Below, piece after piece: positions 9,001 through 15,865 of a stretch of 20,000 bases of DNA (positions are counted from its first letter, which is position 1; every line of letters begins with the position of its first letter). A program made the translations under genes and the position numbers. The stretch lies in IMG/VR virus record IMGVR_UViG_3300020050_007563; one strand, 5' to 3'. Source of the stretch: an uncultured virus (IMG/VR IMGVR_UViG_3300020050_007563) (lineage: Duplodnaviria; Heunggongvirae; Uroviricota; Caudoviricetes). The notes below the pieces were generated by a model that saw nothing but the letters and a program-made list of their open reading frames with translations, was not told the DNA's origin and ran no database searches.

Positions 9001-11901
9001 CTAGAGGCTCGTCAGGCCGAGATGGTGAGTGAGCTTTCTGACGAGGCCCTATCTCGTGGTCGATTCGGATCCGCCCTTGGTGACATATACCAGAACTCCG
9101 ACCTGAGATTCAATTCCGAGGTGAAAGCCGAGGAGTGGCGGAGGAGGTTCGGAGAGGAGCCCTCCGAGGAGGTGATGGCTGCATTTAATAAGCTGAGCGA
9201 AGAGTTCTCAGAGCTAAAGAAGAAGTTCCAAGAGGCGGAGATCCGAGCGGCACAATCCGAGGAGAAGGCACTTATTGAGGCCCTCAAGCGTATCGCTGCC
9301 AAAGAAAAGGCAAGGGGGCCGCGTGGTGAGAGAAAGCGAGTGGCTGACCGCATCCGTTCACTGAAGATCAAGAGTGATGTGGCCGGAGCCTTCATCATTC
9401 CGCCAAGTCTCTACAACGGCATCATCGAGACTGTTGCTCTTTCGGTGGAAGCTGGGGAGGCTATTGGTGCAGCAATCCAGAAGGGATTGAAGAAGCTCCG
9501 GGATAATGACGCCTATAAGAAACTGTCCGACGATGACAAGCAACTTGTCGAGCAACAGATAGGAGAGGCTGTCACCGGGGTGACACGTGACGATATTGAT
9601 GGGCGTCTCCGTATTCCGAAACAGATGGTCATCGAGGCTGTCCGCGATGGCGCCAACGACATCAACTCTCTCGTGGCGGCTGTCCGGGAACTCGCTCAGA
9701 TACCTGCCGAGGTCAGCGACCGGGAGATCCGCGACGCCATCACGGAGTACGGGAAGACCGCCGCCATGAGCAAGGATGAGCTTCTGGCGGAAGTTCGACG
9801 CATCAAGCGTATCGGCAGAGATGTATCAGCCCTTGAGGACATCCAAGCCAAGAAAAGACCCCTGCGCAGTGGCCTCCAGCGCGACAAGCTCACGGCAGAT
9901 GAGCGTGCGCTGAAGCGCAAGATCCGCGACGGCCTGAAAGATCTGCCGGTGGATCATGCTGCCCAGGAGCGTGAGCTGAAGACTGCTCTGGATGCGGCTA
10001 AGACCCGCACGCGCAACCGCATCGAGGATCTCCAACGCGAGATCGACGCCAAAGAGCGTACCCCTCGCAACACAAAAGAAGTAGAGCCGGATGCCGAACT
10101 GATCGCGCTCCGAGAGGAAAAGGACGCCCTTCAAGCTGTACACGATGAGGTGTTCAATGATCCGGCCATCACGGAAGAGGAGCGCCTGAATCGTCTACTG
10201 GCATCCACACAGCGCAGCATCGAGGAGTACGAGAAGCGCATCTCCGAGAAGAATCTCGACCCCAAGAAGAAGGCTCCGGTCAAAGAGACCCCTGAGCTGA
10301 AGGCGCTGCGCGAAAAGCGAGACGCTCTGAAGTCCGAATACCAGCAACTCCAAGAGGAGGCCGGAGTTATCGAGAAACGCCGACTCGAAGCCGCCAAGAA
10401 GGCGTCTGAGGCCCGTATTGCTGAACTCAAGCGACGGATCCAAGAGGGTGACTTCTCCAAGAAGGAGGCGCGTCCGGCTGTGGTGGATGATGAACTCACT
10501 AGGCTCAATGCGCAGAAGCTCCGTCTCCAAGAGGAGTACGACAAGGAGTTCTACAAGCATGAGCTGAAGAACCGCACCAAGACGGAAAAGGCCAAGGACT
10601 TTCTCTGGGAGGCATACGGACTGACACGAGCCCTGCAAGCCACGGGTGAACTCTCGTTCGTCTTGATGCAAGGGGGTGTTCAGACCATCAGTAACATCTG
10701 GCGCAAGCCCGGCGTTGTTGCTCGTGCGTTCCGCAATATGTGGGATGCCATGCGCAGCGAGAAGAAGTCCGACGAGTGGTTGCGTCGTGTGAAGTCGCAG
10801 CCGTGGTACCCGCAGGCTAAAGAGGCGAAGCTCGCGATCACCGAACCCCACGCGGAGGTGACGGCACGAGAGGAACTCTTCCTGTCGGACTGGACACGCT
10901 TGATATGGAATGAGATAGGCATCCCGTTGCAACTGCAAAAGAGCGGCGACGCTTTCAAGAGATGGGAGGCCGCCAACCCATTCCGCGCTCTGGAGCGTGG
11001 CGCAGCAGCGTATCTGGATACACTACGGGTGGAGCGCTATCTGGATGGACTCTCTGTGATGGAGAGGAATGGCGAGCAGCCCACCAAGCAGGACCGAGAG
11101 GATATTGCGGACGCCGTGAACACCTTGACGGGTCGGGGGTCGCTCGGGAAGTGGGGAGAGAGCAACTCTCGCGGCCTCGCGAAGATCTTTTTCTCACCAC
11201 GCCTGTGGTCGTCCACATTCAAGACCGCCACCCCATACGCCATCTACCACTTCGGCAAGATGACACCGACGGCACGCAAACTCGCCGTGCAGGATATGGG
11301 TCGATTCATCGGTACCACGATGGCCTTCGTGGCAATGGCTGGTGCGTATCTGAACAACGACGACGATGACGAGACAGGTGTGGAGATGGATCCGCGTAGC
11401 TCGGACTTCGGGAAGATCAAGATCGGGGACCGTCGTATAGACCCGTGGGGTGGCCGCATCCAACAGGTGGTGTTCTCGACCCGATTGGTGATGGGGGTTC
11501 TCGGTAAGGATGCCTACAAGAACGCCAGGGGAGAGGTCATGCCGCTGGGGGTGGATCACAGGTCTCCCACGATGCTGGATGTGGGCCTCCGGATGGCGAC
11601 GAACAAGTTGGCGCCGTCGGCATCTCTTCTTGCGGACTTCGCCTCCACCAAAACCAAAGTTGGTCGGGACGGACAAGCGACCCGCTACACTCCATTTGGT
11701 GAGGAGTATGACTTCATGGATTCCGTTACGGAAAAGCTCGTGCCGATCTTCGCGGGCACTGTGAATGACCTCGCTAAAGAAGATCCCGGAGCACTGGAAG
11801 GATTCCTTCTGTTCTACGCCTTCTTCGGAGGCGGTGTACAGGAGTACAAGGACCGCAAGAAGGAGACTTCCGATGAGCGCCGCGAACAACGCCTGAAATG
11901 A
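6001..11901 (+). CDS. Giant internal virion protein (large polyvalent-type), 1966 aa
   Basis: Uninterrupted ORF with a Pro-rich N-terminus, an Ala/Gly-rich amphipathic middle part, a disordered linker, long Glu/Lys/Arg coiled coils, and a C-terminal DPRSSDFGKIKIGDRRIDPWGG motif that I recognise from large phage virion proteins. Confidence 0.65.
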   Translation: MSDWTPPKDAQPIGWTPPKDAAAVPKPQAQTPPNTPQGAVAGPTTLATPVVASQGLSEAPPPPSAGAFTPGALQTSLETQIGSSARPRGLLTSEQRRQYAAEMKKLQASLQQRYTTGYGEYAETRFRQDPAVAQKMRTLEGALVQDAALDPEGSRRDVEMLEAEERGKKEMKNASLMEMSPEGRGRLREIADKMDALDPRREETFLMNRDYKPQGLTEQDPRMAKLYQDFELAAHPDLNDKKTRFDSREITERRLAGALDPKDDIEHQMDVLQFAGRRLMGRYLRAKDLIEQGSDDPQLQVEVQDIEEGMKFVRDRVRQEAERDPRSFQGKLNELSQRISEQENEMSRGDVNAWQEKALRSGTFGFTDMTRSTIAGLGRLVDPSEGYSFSDKLSDWAEEMSGVQDAARSKEEKESLMGKLAYGAGGMAALIAPTIATGGSAGATRAATVATSLGAEYEGYTRQAMEGGATEQQAERGALVYAPIAAAIELLNPQAYLANGEMRALRQSVIEGIKGGATPKGALKMALESAEAGTKEAIEELSQTLTERATNAGVNKLSGTDLNDDAPTAAEAAETVLVSGILGSVFHTTSFIEPTRADRTKFQAESMQWAAKNPEKAFGLIKGQIPEAQHKVAQERLANLARTYKGNELLDMDPVKAAEVADIVERKNAVEEEIKSAPMDPVLEAANGDPRKREAATLTTDMIEALGIPANKAKAALASSGLEQMPEGTKAITNPDGSVTLEKKPEAGEKKKTKAVESVMTETATEETPAPNEEPSSKGTIRADIRQMQPAQDIGGAIRSGEGGGAGAPSEAQPAIQGQVQQQQAIDEGATAITETPAEATTDPGAAPSLPLDTPAPAGPAIEAEPVVKSDADLQPKQAADGEVIPQGHPDVPQDVQQDAPVDPQQVKKTVATKRAYEGEFREGVKRELEARGLYRSVESFEEAAQNAASLIESIGLEAALEAVRNNDVKGGAAAYIYRSALEDLDRRILASTNPQEIQILEARQAEMVSELSDEALSRGRFGSALGDIYQNSDLRFNSEVKAEEWRRRFGEEPSEEVMAAFNKLSEEFSELKKKFQEAEIRAAQSEEKALIEALKRIAAKEKARGPRGERKRVADRIRSLKIKSDVAGAFIIPPSLYNGIIETVALSVEAGEAIGAAIQKGLKKLRDNDAYKKLSDDDKQLVEQQIGEAVTGVTRDDIDGRLRIPKQMVIEAVRDGANDINSLVAAVRELAQIPAEVSDREIRDAITEYGKTAAMSKDELLAEVRRIKRIGRDVSALEDIQAKKRPLRSGLQRDKLTADERALKRKIRDGLKDLPVDHAAQERELKTALDAAKTRTRNRIEDLQREIDAKERTPRNTKEVEPDAELIALREEKDALQAVHDEVFNDPAITEEERLNRLLASTQRSIEEYEKRISEKNLDPKKKAPVKETPELKALREKRDALKSEYQQLQEEAGVIEKRRLEAAKKASEARIAELKRRIQEGDFSKKEARPAVVDDELTRLNAQKLRLQEEYDKEFYKHELKNRTKTEKAKDFLWEAYGLTRALQATGELSFVLMQGGVQTISNIWRKPGVVARAFRNMWDAMRSEKKSDEWLRRVKSQPWYPQAKEAKLAITEPHAEVTAREELFLSDWTRLIWNEIGIPLQLQKSGDAFKRWEAANPFRALERGAAAYLDTLRVERYLDGLSVMERNGEQPTKQDREDIADAVNTLTGRGSLGKWGESNSRGLAKIFFSPRLWSSTFKTATPYAIYHFGKMTPTARKLAVQDMGRFIGTTMAFVAMAGAYLNNDDDDETGVEMDPRSSDFGKIKIGDRRIDPWGGRIQQVVFSTRLVMGVLGKDAYKNARGEVMPLGVDHRSPTMLDVGLRMATNKLAPSASLLADFASTKTKVGRDGQATRYTPFGEEYDFMDSVTEKLVPIFAGTVNDLAKEDPGALEGFLLFYAFFGGGVQEYKDRKKETSDERREQRLK
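6010..6063 (+). repeat. 21-bp direct repeat encoding WTPPKDA twice
   Basis: tggacaccaccaaaggacgcc (6010-6030) and tggacgccaccaaaggacgcc (6043-6063) differ only at one synonymous position. Confidence 0.9.
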
Positions 11902-12032
11902 CACACTCCACCATCACACTCGATCTGGACATCCAGATAGATATGGCCTTCTCGGGGTTCTCCGAGGGCTACCCGTATTTGGTCCTCACCTACGAGGGTG
12001 AGTGTGACTGTGAGTTCTGTCGGTCAGAATGA
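11898..12032 (+). CDS. Small hypothetical protein, 44 aa, C-terminal CxCxxC
   Basis: MTHSTITLDLDIQIDMAFSGFSEGYPYLVLTYEGECDCEFCRSE. It starts with the same ATGA stop/start overlap used elsewhere in the operon and is below the ORF-track cutoff. Confidence 0.5.
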   Translation: MTHSTITLDLDIQIDMAFSGFSEGYPYLVLTYEGECDCEFCRSE

Positions 12033-12320
12033 GGCTCGCTTCCCGGCCTCGATCTCTCGCATCCTGCCCTCTACCCCTTTGGCCCATCGCTGATTGATGC
12101 GGTGCTGCTCGGCTCGTACTCCCTTCTTCATCAGCCCGATCACCCACTCCAGCTTGTCGATCTCCTGACAGGCAATGGTGGCGTGCCTGGATTCTTGTGT
12201 CTCCTCAAAGCGAGCAAGGGCGGCATTGAACACCTTCAGGGCATCAATGACGTCGGGCGTTCCTACGGTCAAATGGTCGATCTCCGCTCTGGATGGGTCG
12301 ATGGTTCGGAAGGATCTCAC
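12024..12320 (-). CDS. Hypothetical helical protein, 98 aa
   Basis: GTG start; plausible composition; fills the gap between the terminator and the end of the virion operon. Confidence 0.55.
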   Translation of the reverse strand: MRSFRTIDPSRAEIDHLTVGTPDVIDALKVFNAALARFEETQESRHATIACQEIDKLEWVIGLMKKGVRAEQHRINQRWAKGVEGRMREIEAGKRASF

Positions 12321-12325
12321 TCCAC

Positions 12326-12359
12326 AAAGAAAAGCAAAAGCCCCGCTCTCGCAGGGCCT
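12326..12359 (-). terminator. Rho-independent terminator
   Basis: Minus strand GCCCTGC-GAGA-GCGGGGC (7 bp with one U-G, GNRA loop) followed by TTTTGCTTTTCTTT, about 20 nt after the stop of 12381..12704. Confidence 0.8.
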
Positions 12360-12380
12360 TCACATGAGCGCGTTTTGCTC

Positions 12381-12704
12381 TTACAGGGCGGTCACTACCC
12401 CTGCGGTGGACAGGGTTGCACCGTTGGTTCCAGCCTCGACGGCAGTACCCACGTTGGTGATGGCGGTGGAGACGGCGGCGAGGGTCGTCATGCGCTCCCA
12501 GCCCACGGTCGTTCCGTTGTCGTTCTTGATCAGCAGGACACCGTAGGTGCTGCTCAGGTAGGGGTTCATGCTACCGGCAGTGACGGCTCCCATCAAGCCG
12601 TTGTTGGCGATGGTCGGAGGGTAACTGGCGGTGGCGCCGGGGCCAACACTGAGGCTGTAACCGGGGATGTTGATCTGGTTTCCGCTGGGGAGGATCAGGT
12701 ACAT
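12381..12704 (-). CDS. Small Thr/Ala/Gly-rich protein, possibly a virion decoration protein, 107 aa
   Basis: Strong GC3 codon bias, with its own promoter upstream and terminator downstream. Confidence 0.7.
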   Translation of the reverse strand: MYLILPSGNQINIPGYSLSVGPGATASYPPTIANNGLMGAVTAGSMNPYLSSTYGVLLIKNDNGTTVGWERMTTLAAVSTAITNVGTAVEAGTNGATLSTAGVVTAL

Positions 12705-12720
12705 GGTGATAAGGTTTCGA

Positions 12721-12728
12721 CAAACGTA
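12721..12728 (-). promoter_or_regulatory. Bacteroidota-type -7 promoter element (TACGTTTG)
   Basis: Exact TAnnTTTG match 16 nt upstream of the ATG at 12704; no canonical -33 box seen. Confidence 0.55.
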
Positions 12729-12912
12729 TGGGGCTGGATAGATCGAAGTGTATTATACTTGTAGCGCATTGATGATTCTCTCTCCGCACCACTTCGCATT
12801 TAACTCCTCGATGGTGTGGGTGGGCTTGGTCTTGCGCATAACCCAACGTGGAATAGGGCGTCTGAAAATTCAGGGCGCCCAGAGGTGAGGCAAATGAACT
12901 AACGCAGAAGCC

Positions 12913-13122
12913 ATGACGAAAGAAGAAGCGCAAAGAATCCTGGATGCCCTTGATCAAATAGCCATCAAGTGCGGAGTCATCCGTTCGCAAGAAGAGGTTG
13001 ATCTCATTGAGCGCAACGCAAAGCTGATAGCGTCCAGAAAAGCCGCCAAGGAACGCCGCTTCGCCGACATGGTGGCCGATGCCGTTGTGCGCAAGTTGAC
13101 GGCCAATCCAATGGAGCCATGA
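12913..13122 (+). CDS. Hypothetical protein, 69 aa
   Basis: MTKEEAQRILDALDQ... typical small phage protein; ATGA overlap with the next ORF. Confidence 0.65.
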   Translation: MTKEEAQRILDALDQIAIKCGVIRSQEEVDLIERNAKLIASRKAAKERRFADMVADAVVRKLTANPMEP

Positions 13123-13250
13123 GTAACCGACCGGACCGCTGGGAAGGGTTCTTGACCAACGTAGGCCAAGGCATTGCCTTGGTGCTCATAGTCATCAGCA
13201 TCCTTGTGCTCTACAAGGGGTGTCACAACAAGCCCGTGTGGCCGCTATGA
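13119..13250 (+). CDS. Small single-pass membrane protein, 43 aa
   Basis: MSNRPDRWEGFLTNVGQGIALVLIVISILVLYKGCHNKPVWPL; ATGA coupling to 12913..13122; one hydrophobic helix; absent from the ORF track. Confidence 0.6.
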   Translation: MSNRPDRWEGFLTNVGQGIALVLIVISILVLYKGCHNKPVWPL

Positions 13251-13292
13251 TGAGAAAAAAGACGACCCCGTTCAGCGTACCAGCCATGTCGC

Positions 13293-13300
13293 TATCTTTG
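13293..13300 (+). promoter_or_regulatory. Bacteroidota-type -7 promoter element (TATCTTTG)
   Basis: Exact TAnnTTTG match immediately before the first helix of the structured region. Confidence 0.6.
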
Positions 13301-13305
13301 CGGCG

Positions 13306-13790
13306 TGGCACAAGAACTGAACGGAATGAAATCCTATGGGGTAGCCCCCTGTTCAGCGCTTGTGCCAACAACGTTCTTCAGGGCTTCCCCAATGATCCGC
13401 AAGGATCCTTACGCCTCACCAGCAATGGTGGGGCGTTCGCATTCGGTGCCTCTCAGAACGTTGAGCGTTCTTTCCGAGGGTACCATATCGTAGGCGTCAC
13501 CGGTTTTCACCTCGCCACCTCACCAAAAGGCGGGAAATACGACGCTTACACGTCCCTGTCAAAGCAAGGGTCAAAACGGGCACTGAGCCACTACCGCCAT
13601 CTCTCAACCCGGAACTGAAGTTCGCAGCAATGCAACCCTTGCGACGAAGGTCCACACAAGAAGCCGGACGGCACCAAGCCAATGCTACATGCAGAGGGGT
13701 GAGGAAGCCGGTGGAGGAAGGTGCGACAGGGTCTGAAGAGCGCACGCTTGGAACGCCGGAGGGGAACTTCAGGAAGTAAAGATGGCGGTG
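13306..13790 (+). ncRNA. Candidate large structured ncRNA (about 485 nt), family unknown
   Basis: At least 8 helices: 13306-14/13359-67, 13317-22/13351-56, 13369-77/13455-63, GATCC-GCAA-GGATC (13394-407), ACGCCTCACCA-GCAA-TGGTGGGGCGT (13411-36), 13490-98/13541-49, 13593-602/13780-89, 13615-23/13764-72. G-U pairs and GNRA loops fit the + strand. No convincing CDS. Confidence 0.65.
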
Positions 13791-13817
13791 TGTCAAAGAA
13801 GCAAAAACTACTCCAAC

Positions 13818-14093
13818 ATGGACATCAAGAGCATCTACAAGAGCACCTACGCATCAGAGTTGGCCAAGGCAAATCTTGATGCGAAACTCATCAATGAAGC
13901 GTCCGACCGCGCCCGTGAATCCCGCGAGCGGATGGAGGCACAGTATCTGTCCGACGGACAGGACCACTATCTGCGCTGCTTGGACAATGGCATGTCTGAG
14001 ACAGACGCCATGATCAGCCGCTTGGCTCTGTACGGACCAAGGGTGCAGATCAAGAGCATCGCCGAAATGACCCGCGTTCGCGTAATACGATAG
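13818..14093 (+). CDS. Hypothetical protein, 91 aa
   Basis: ATG at 13818 after an A-rich Bacteroidota-like initiation region (gcaaaaactactccaac); MDIKSIYKSTY... Confidence 0.65.
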   Translation: MDIKSIYKSTYASELAKANLDAKLINEASDRARESRERMEAQYLSDGQDHYLRCLDNGMSETDAMISRLALYGPRVQIKSIAEMTRVRVIR

Positions 14094-14170
14094 GCACCCG
14101 GTAGCCAACACGAACGTCTGATGAATCCGATGCTACAAAAAACCAAAAACGACCTTGAGCGCGCACATAC

Positions 14171-14348
14171 ATGAAGGCAGGGCGCGAGGTTCGCAGGAAG
14201 GGATCTAACTACGAGCCGGGTTCAACCCAGTGGACCTGGAGGAGTTGGTGGGGTATACGTGATCGCGGGGGCCTCGGTGTACGTCAGTGACTTCCAACCT
14301 GCGCTTTCCGACATGCTTGCGACCGACTGGGAGGTAGTGCCTAGCTAA
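14171..14348 (+). pseudogene. Frameshifted DUF2829/Tad2-like (Thoeris anti-defence 2) remnant
   Basis: MKAGREVRRKG (from ATG 14171) and SDFQPALSDMLATDWEVVPS* (14286-14348) match the two ends of the DUF2829 family pattern but lie in different frames. Confidence 0.55.
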
Positions 14349-14421
14349 CGGTGAACTTGACGCCGTGCAGCGCAGGGACTGTGCATCGGGCATGGCGGCA
14401 AGTGGTTATTGGTGGCCGTTC
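14342..14421 (+). repeat. attC-like imperfect palindrome
   Basis: GCTAAC at the upstream stop, arms CTTGACGCCGTGC (14356-68) / GCATGGCGGCAAG (14390-402), then TTGGTGGCCGTTC, which is complementary to the sequence at the end of the next gene. Confidence 0.45.
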
Positions 14422-14459
14422 TTTTTCATTCATTCGGCAGGAGGTAAAAAGGCAACACG

Positions 14460-14681
14460 ATGAAGGTTTACACGATAGCAGAGCACGGGCTTCCTGACAT
14501 GGACAAGCTCGTTGGTAGAGTTGCATTCATCTTCGATGGGTGCATCGTCAGCGGCTGGCCTCTTCGTCCAGACGAGAGCGGGAACGTACTGTGGGAAGCG
14601 GACGAGGACGTGGGGCGGCACGGTGTCTTCAACAGCGTGGAGAAGTACGTGGTGTTCGATGTCCCGGTCTGGGATCTTTGA
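14460..14681 (+). CDS. Hypothetical phage protein, 73 aa (DUF551-like pattern)
   Basis: E.GLP...V.F..DG....W....W.......V..Y pattern; A-rich upstream region; flanked by an inverted repeat. Confidence 0.65.
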   Translation: MKVYTIAEHGLPDMDKLVGRVAFIFDGCIVSGWPLRPDESGNVLWEADEDVGRHGVFNSVEKYVVFDVPVWDL

Positions 14682-14740
14682 ATGGCCACCAACGGTGGAT
14701 ATACGAAGATCGTCGCATAGCTAGCCACTCGACCCCCTCT

Positions 14741-15169
14741 ATGACTCCTTCCTTGAAGAATCGTAAGCGCATCATCCGAGCCCACGCCGATGTTCCCCGT
14801 CGGGTGTATAGCTTTACCCTCCACCCTGATAACGTCGAGCGTGTGCGCAGCAAGAAAGACAACCTCTCGGAGTGGGTTGATAGACAATTTCAGAACGAAG
14901 CCAACATCATGGACTGGAAGAACGAAGTGAGTCGGGCATGGAACCGCCTGTTGGAGAAGAGGTCAGATGCCGTCAAAGCCATCGCGACCGCATACCCTCC
15001 TACCCAAGAATACCGAATGCGCGGAGACACGAGCGATGCTCGGTATTTGATCCGCCAGTACGAAGAAGCCGATGGGGTCGTCTCCCTTCTGTGCGAGAAG
15101 ATCGAAGCGGGCTCCACCGATGGGTACGGCGTGTTCGGGGTGAAGCCACAAGACCTCGTGGCACTATGA
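14741..15169 (+). CDS. Protein with a putative N-terminal ribbon-helix-helix domain, 142 aa
   Basis: RVYSFTLHPDNVERVRSKKDNLSEWVDRQF shows the strand-helix-NLS-helix pattern of RHH proteins. Start moved to ATG 14741 because the track start overlaps the previous gene. Confidence 0.55.
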   Translation: MTPSLKNRKRIIRAHADVPRRVYSFTLHPDNVERVRSKKDNLSEWVDRQFQNEANIMDWKNEVSRAWNRLLEKRSDAVKAIATAYPPTQEYRMRGDTSDARYLIRQYEEADGVVSLLCEKIEAGSTDGYGVFGVKPQDLVAL

Positions 15170-15423
15170 GTGAGGCCATCTGGCGCCCTATGAGCGCCCA
15201 CGCTCAAGAGAAGCTCTACCGCAAGAGACGCCGCGAGATCCTCCTGATCCAAGCGGAGATCAAGACCGGAGCCAACGTCACCATCGAGCATCTTTGCGAG
15301 AAGTTTGACTGGTGTAGAACCAAAGCTCACTCAGCCCTTCAGGATATGTGGCTGCTGGGGGTGCTTAAACCCAAGAAGGATGAACCATCTGAAGACACTT
15401 CTGGATCAGGCAGTAGAGGCTGA
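15166..15423 (+). CDS. Winged helix-turn-helix DNA-binding protein, 85 aa
   Basis: RRREILLI...VTIEHLCEKFDWCRTKAHSALQDMWLLGVL matches a wHTH pattern; ATGA overlap with the upstream gene. Confidence 0.65.
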   Translation: MSEAIWRPMSAHAQEKLYRKRRREILLIQAEIKTGANVTIEHLCEKFDWCRTKAHSALQDMWLLGVLKPKKDEPSEDTSGSGSRG

Positions 15424-15865
15424 GGACTACGAGGCTGCTGCGGCGCTACGAGATAGGATCGCTGCGGGAGAAGTCGTGTCGGCTGGCCTCGCTGGTGCAG
15501 GTGCGACCTACTGGAATACTCCGATGGGAAGCATAAGTGCCACGCAGCAACTCCTGAACTACTTCCAGTCCATGGCGACGTGGGCTCAAGAGGCCGAAAA
15601 GCAGGCTAACCTCTCTCGATACCACTCCGAAGGGCTCCAGAACGAGCAAGACCGCATCCTAGAGATACGCACGCGCTCTCGGAAGTTCGTGCAGGATCAA
15701 CTCATCTCCCGCATCCGGAGGAAGTACGCCGACATGGATGCCTCGTGGGTCGCCCACAACGTCCTGCTCGTAACCGATCACCGCGACAACACTGAAAGGT
15801 ATGTGGTGGCGGGAGAGTGTCTGATGACAGTGAGGTACTCCACCAGTGGCTTCACCCTGGAGTGA
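15380..15865 (+). CDS. UVR (UvrB/UvrC) motif protein, 161 aa
   Basis: N-terminal LKTLLDQAVEAEDYEAAAALRDRI is a textbook UVR coiled-coil motif. Confidence 0.75.
   Translation: MNHLKTLLDQAVEAEDYEAAAALRDRIAAGEVVSAGLAGAGATYWNTPMGSISATQQLLNYFQSMATWAQEAEKQANLSRYHSEGLQNEQDRILEIRTRSRKFVQDQLISRIRRKYADMDASWVAHNVLLVTDHRDNTERYVVAGECLMTVRYSTSGFTLE

Noticed and set aside
12102..12764. 220-aa ORF on the + strand
   Set aside because: Shadow of two - strand genes that have promoter and terminator support.
13306..13790. RNase P RNA, tmRNA, group I or group II intron identity
   Set aside because: No GAGGAAAGUCC P4 motif, no tRNA-like ends or tag ORF, no P7 (R/S) or domain V consensus that I could locate.
13220..13796. 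ORFs 13220..13618, 13305..13493 and 13497..13796
   Set aside because: No protein-like features; the region is better explained by dense RNA helices.
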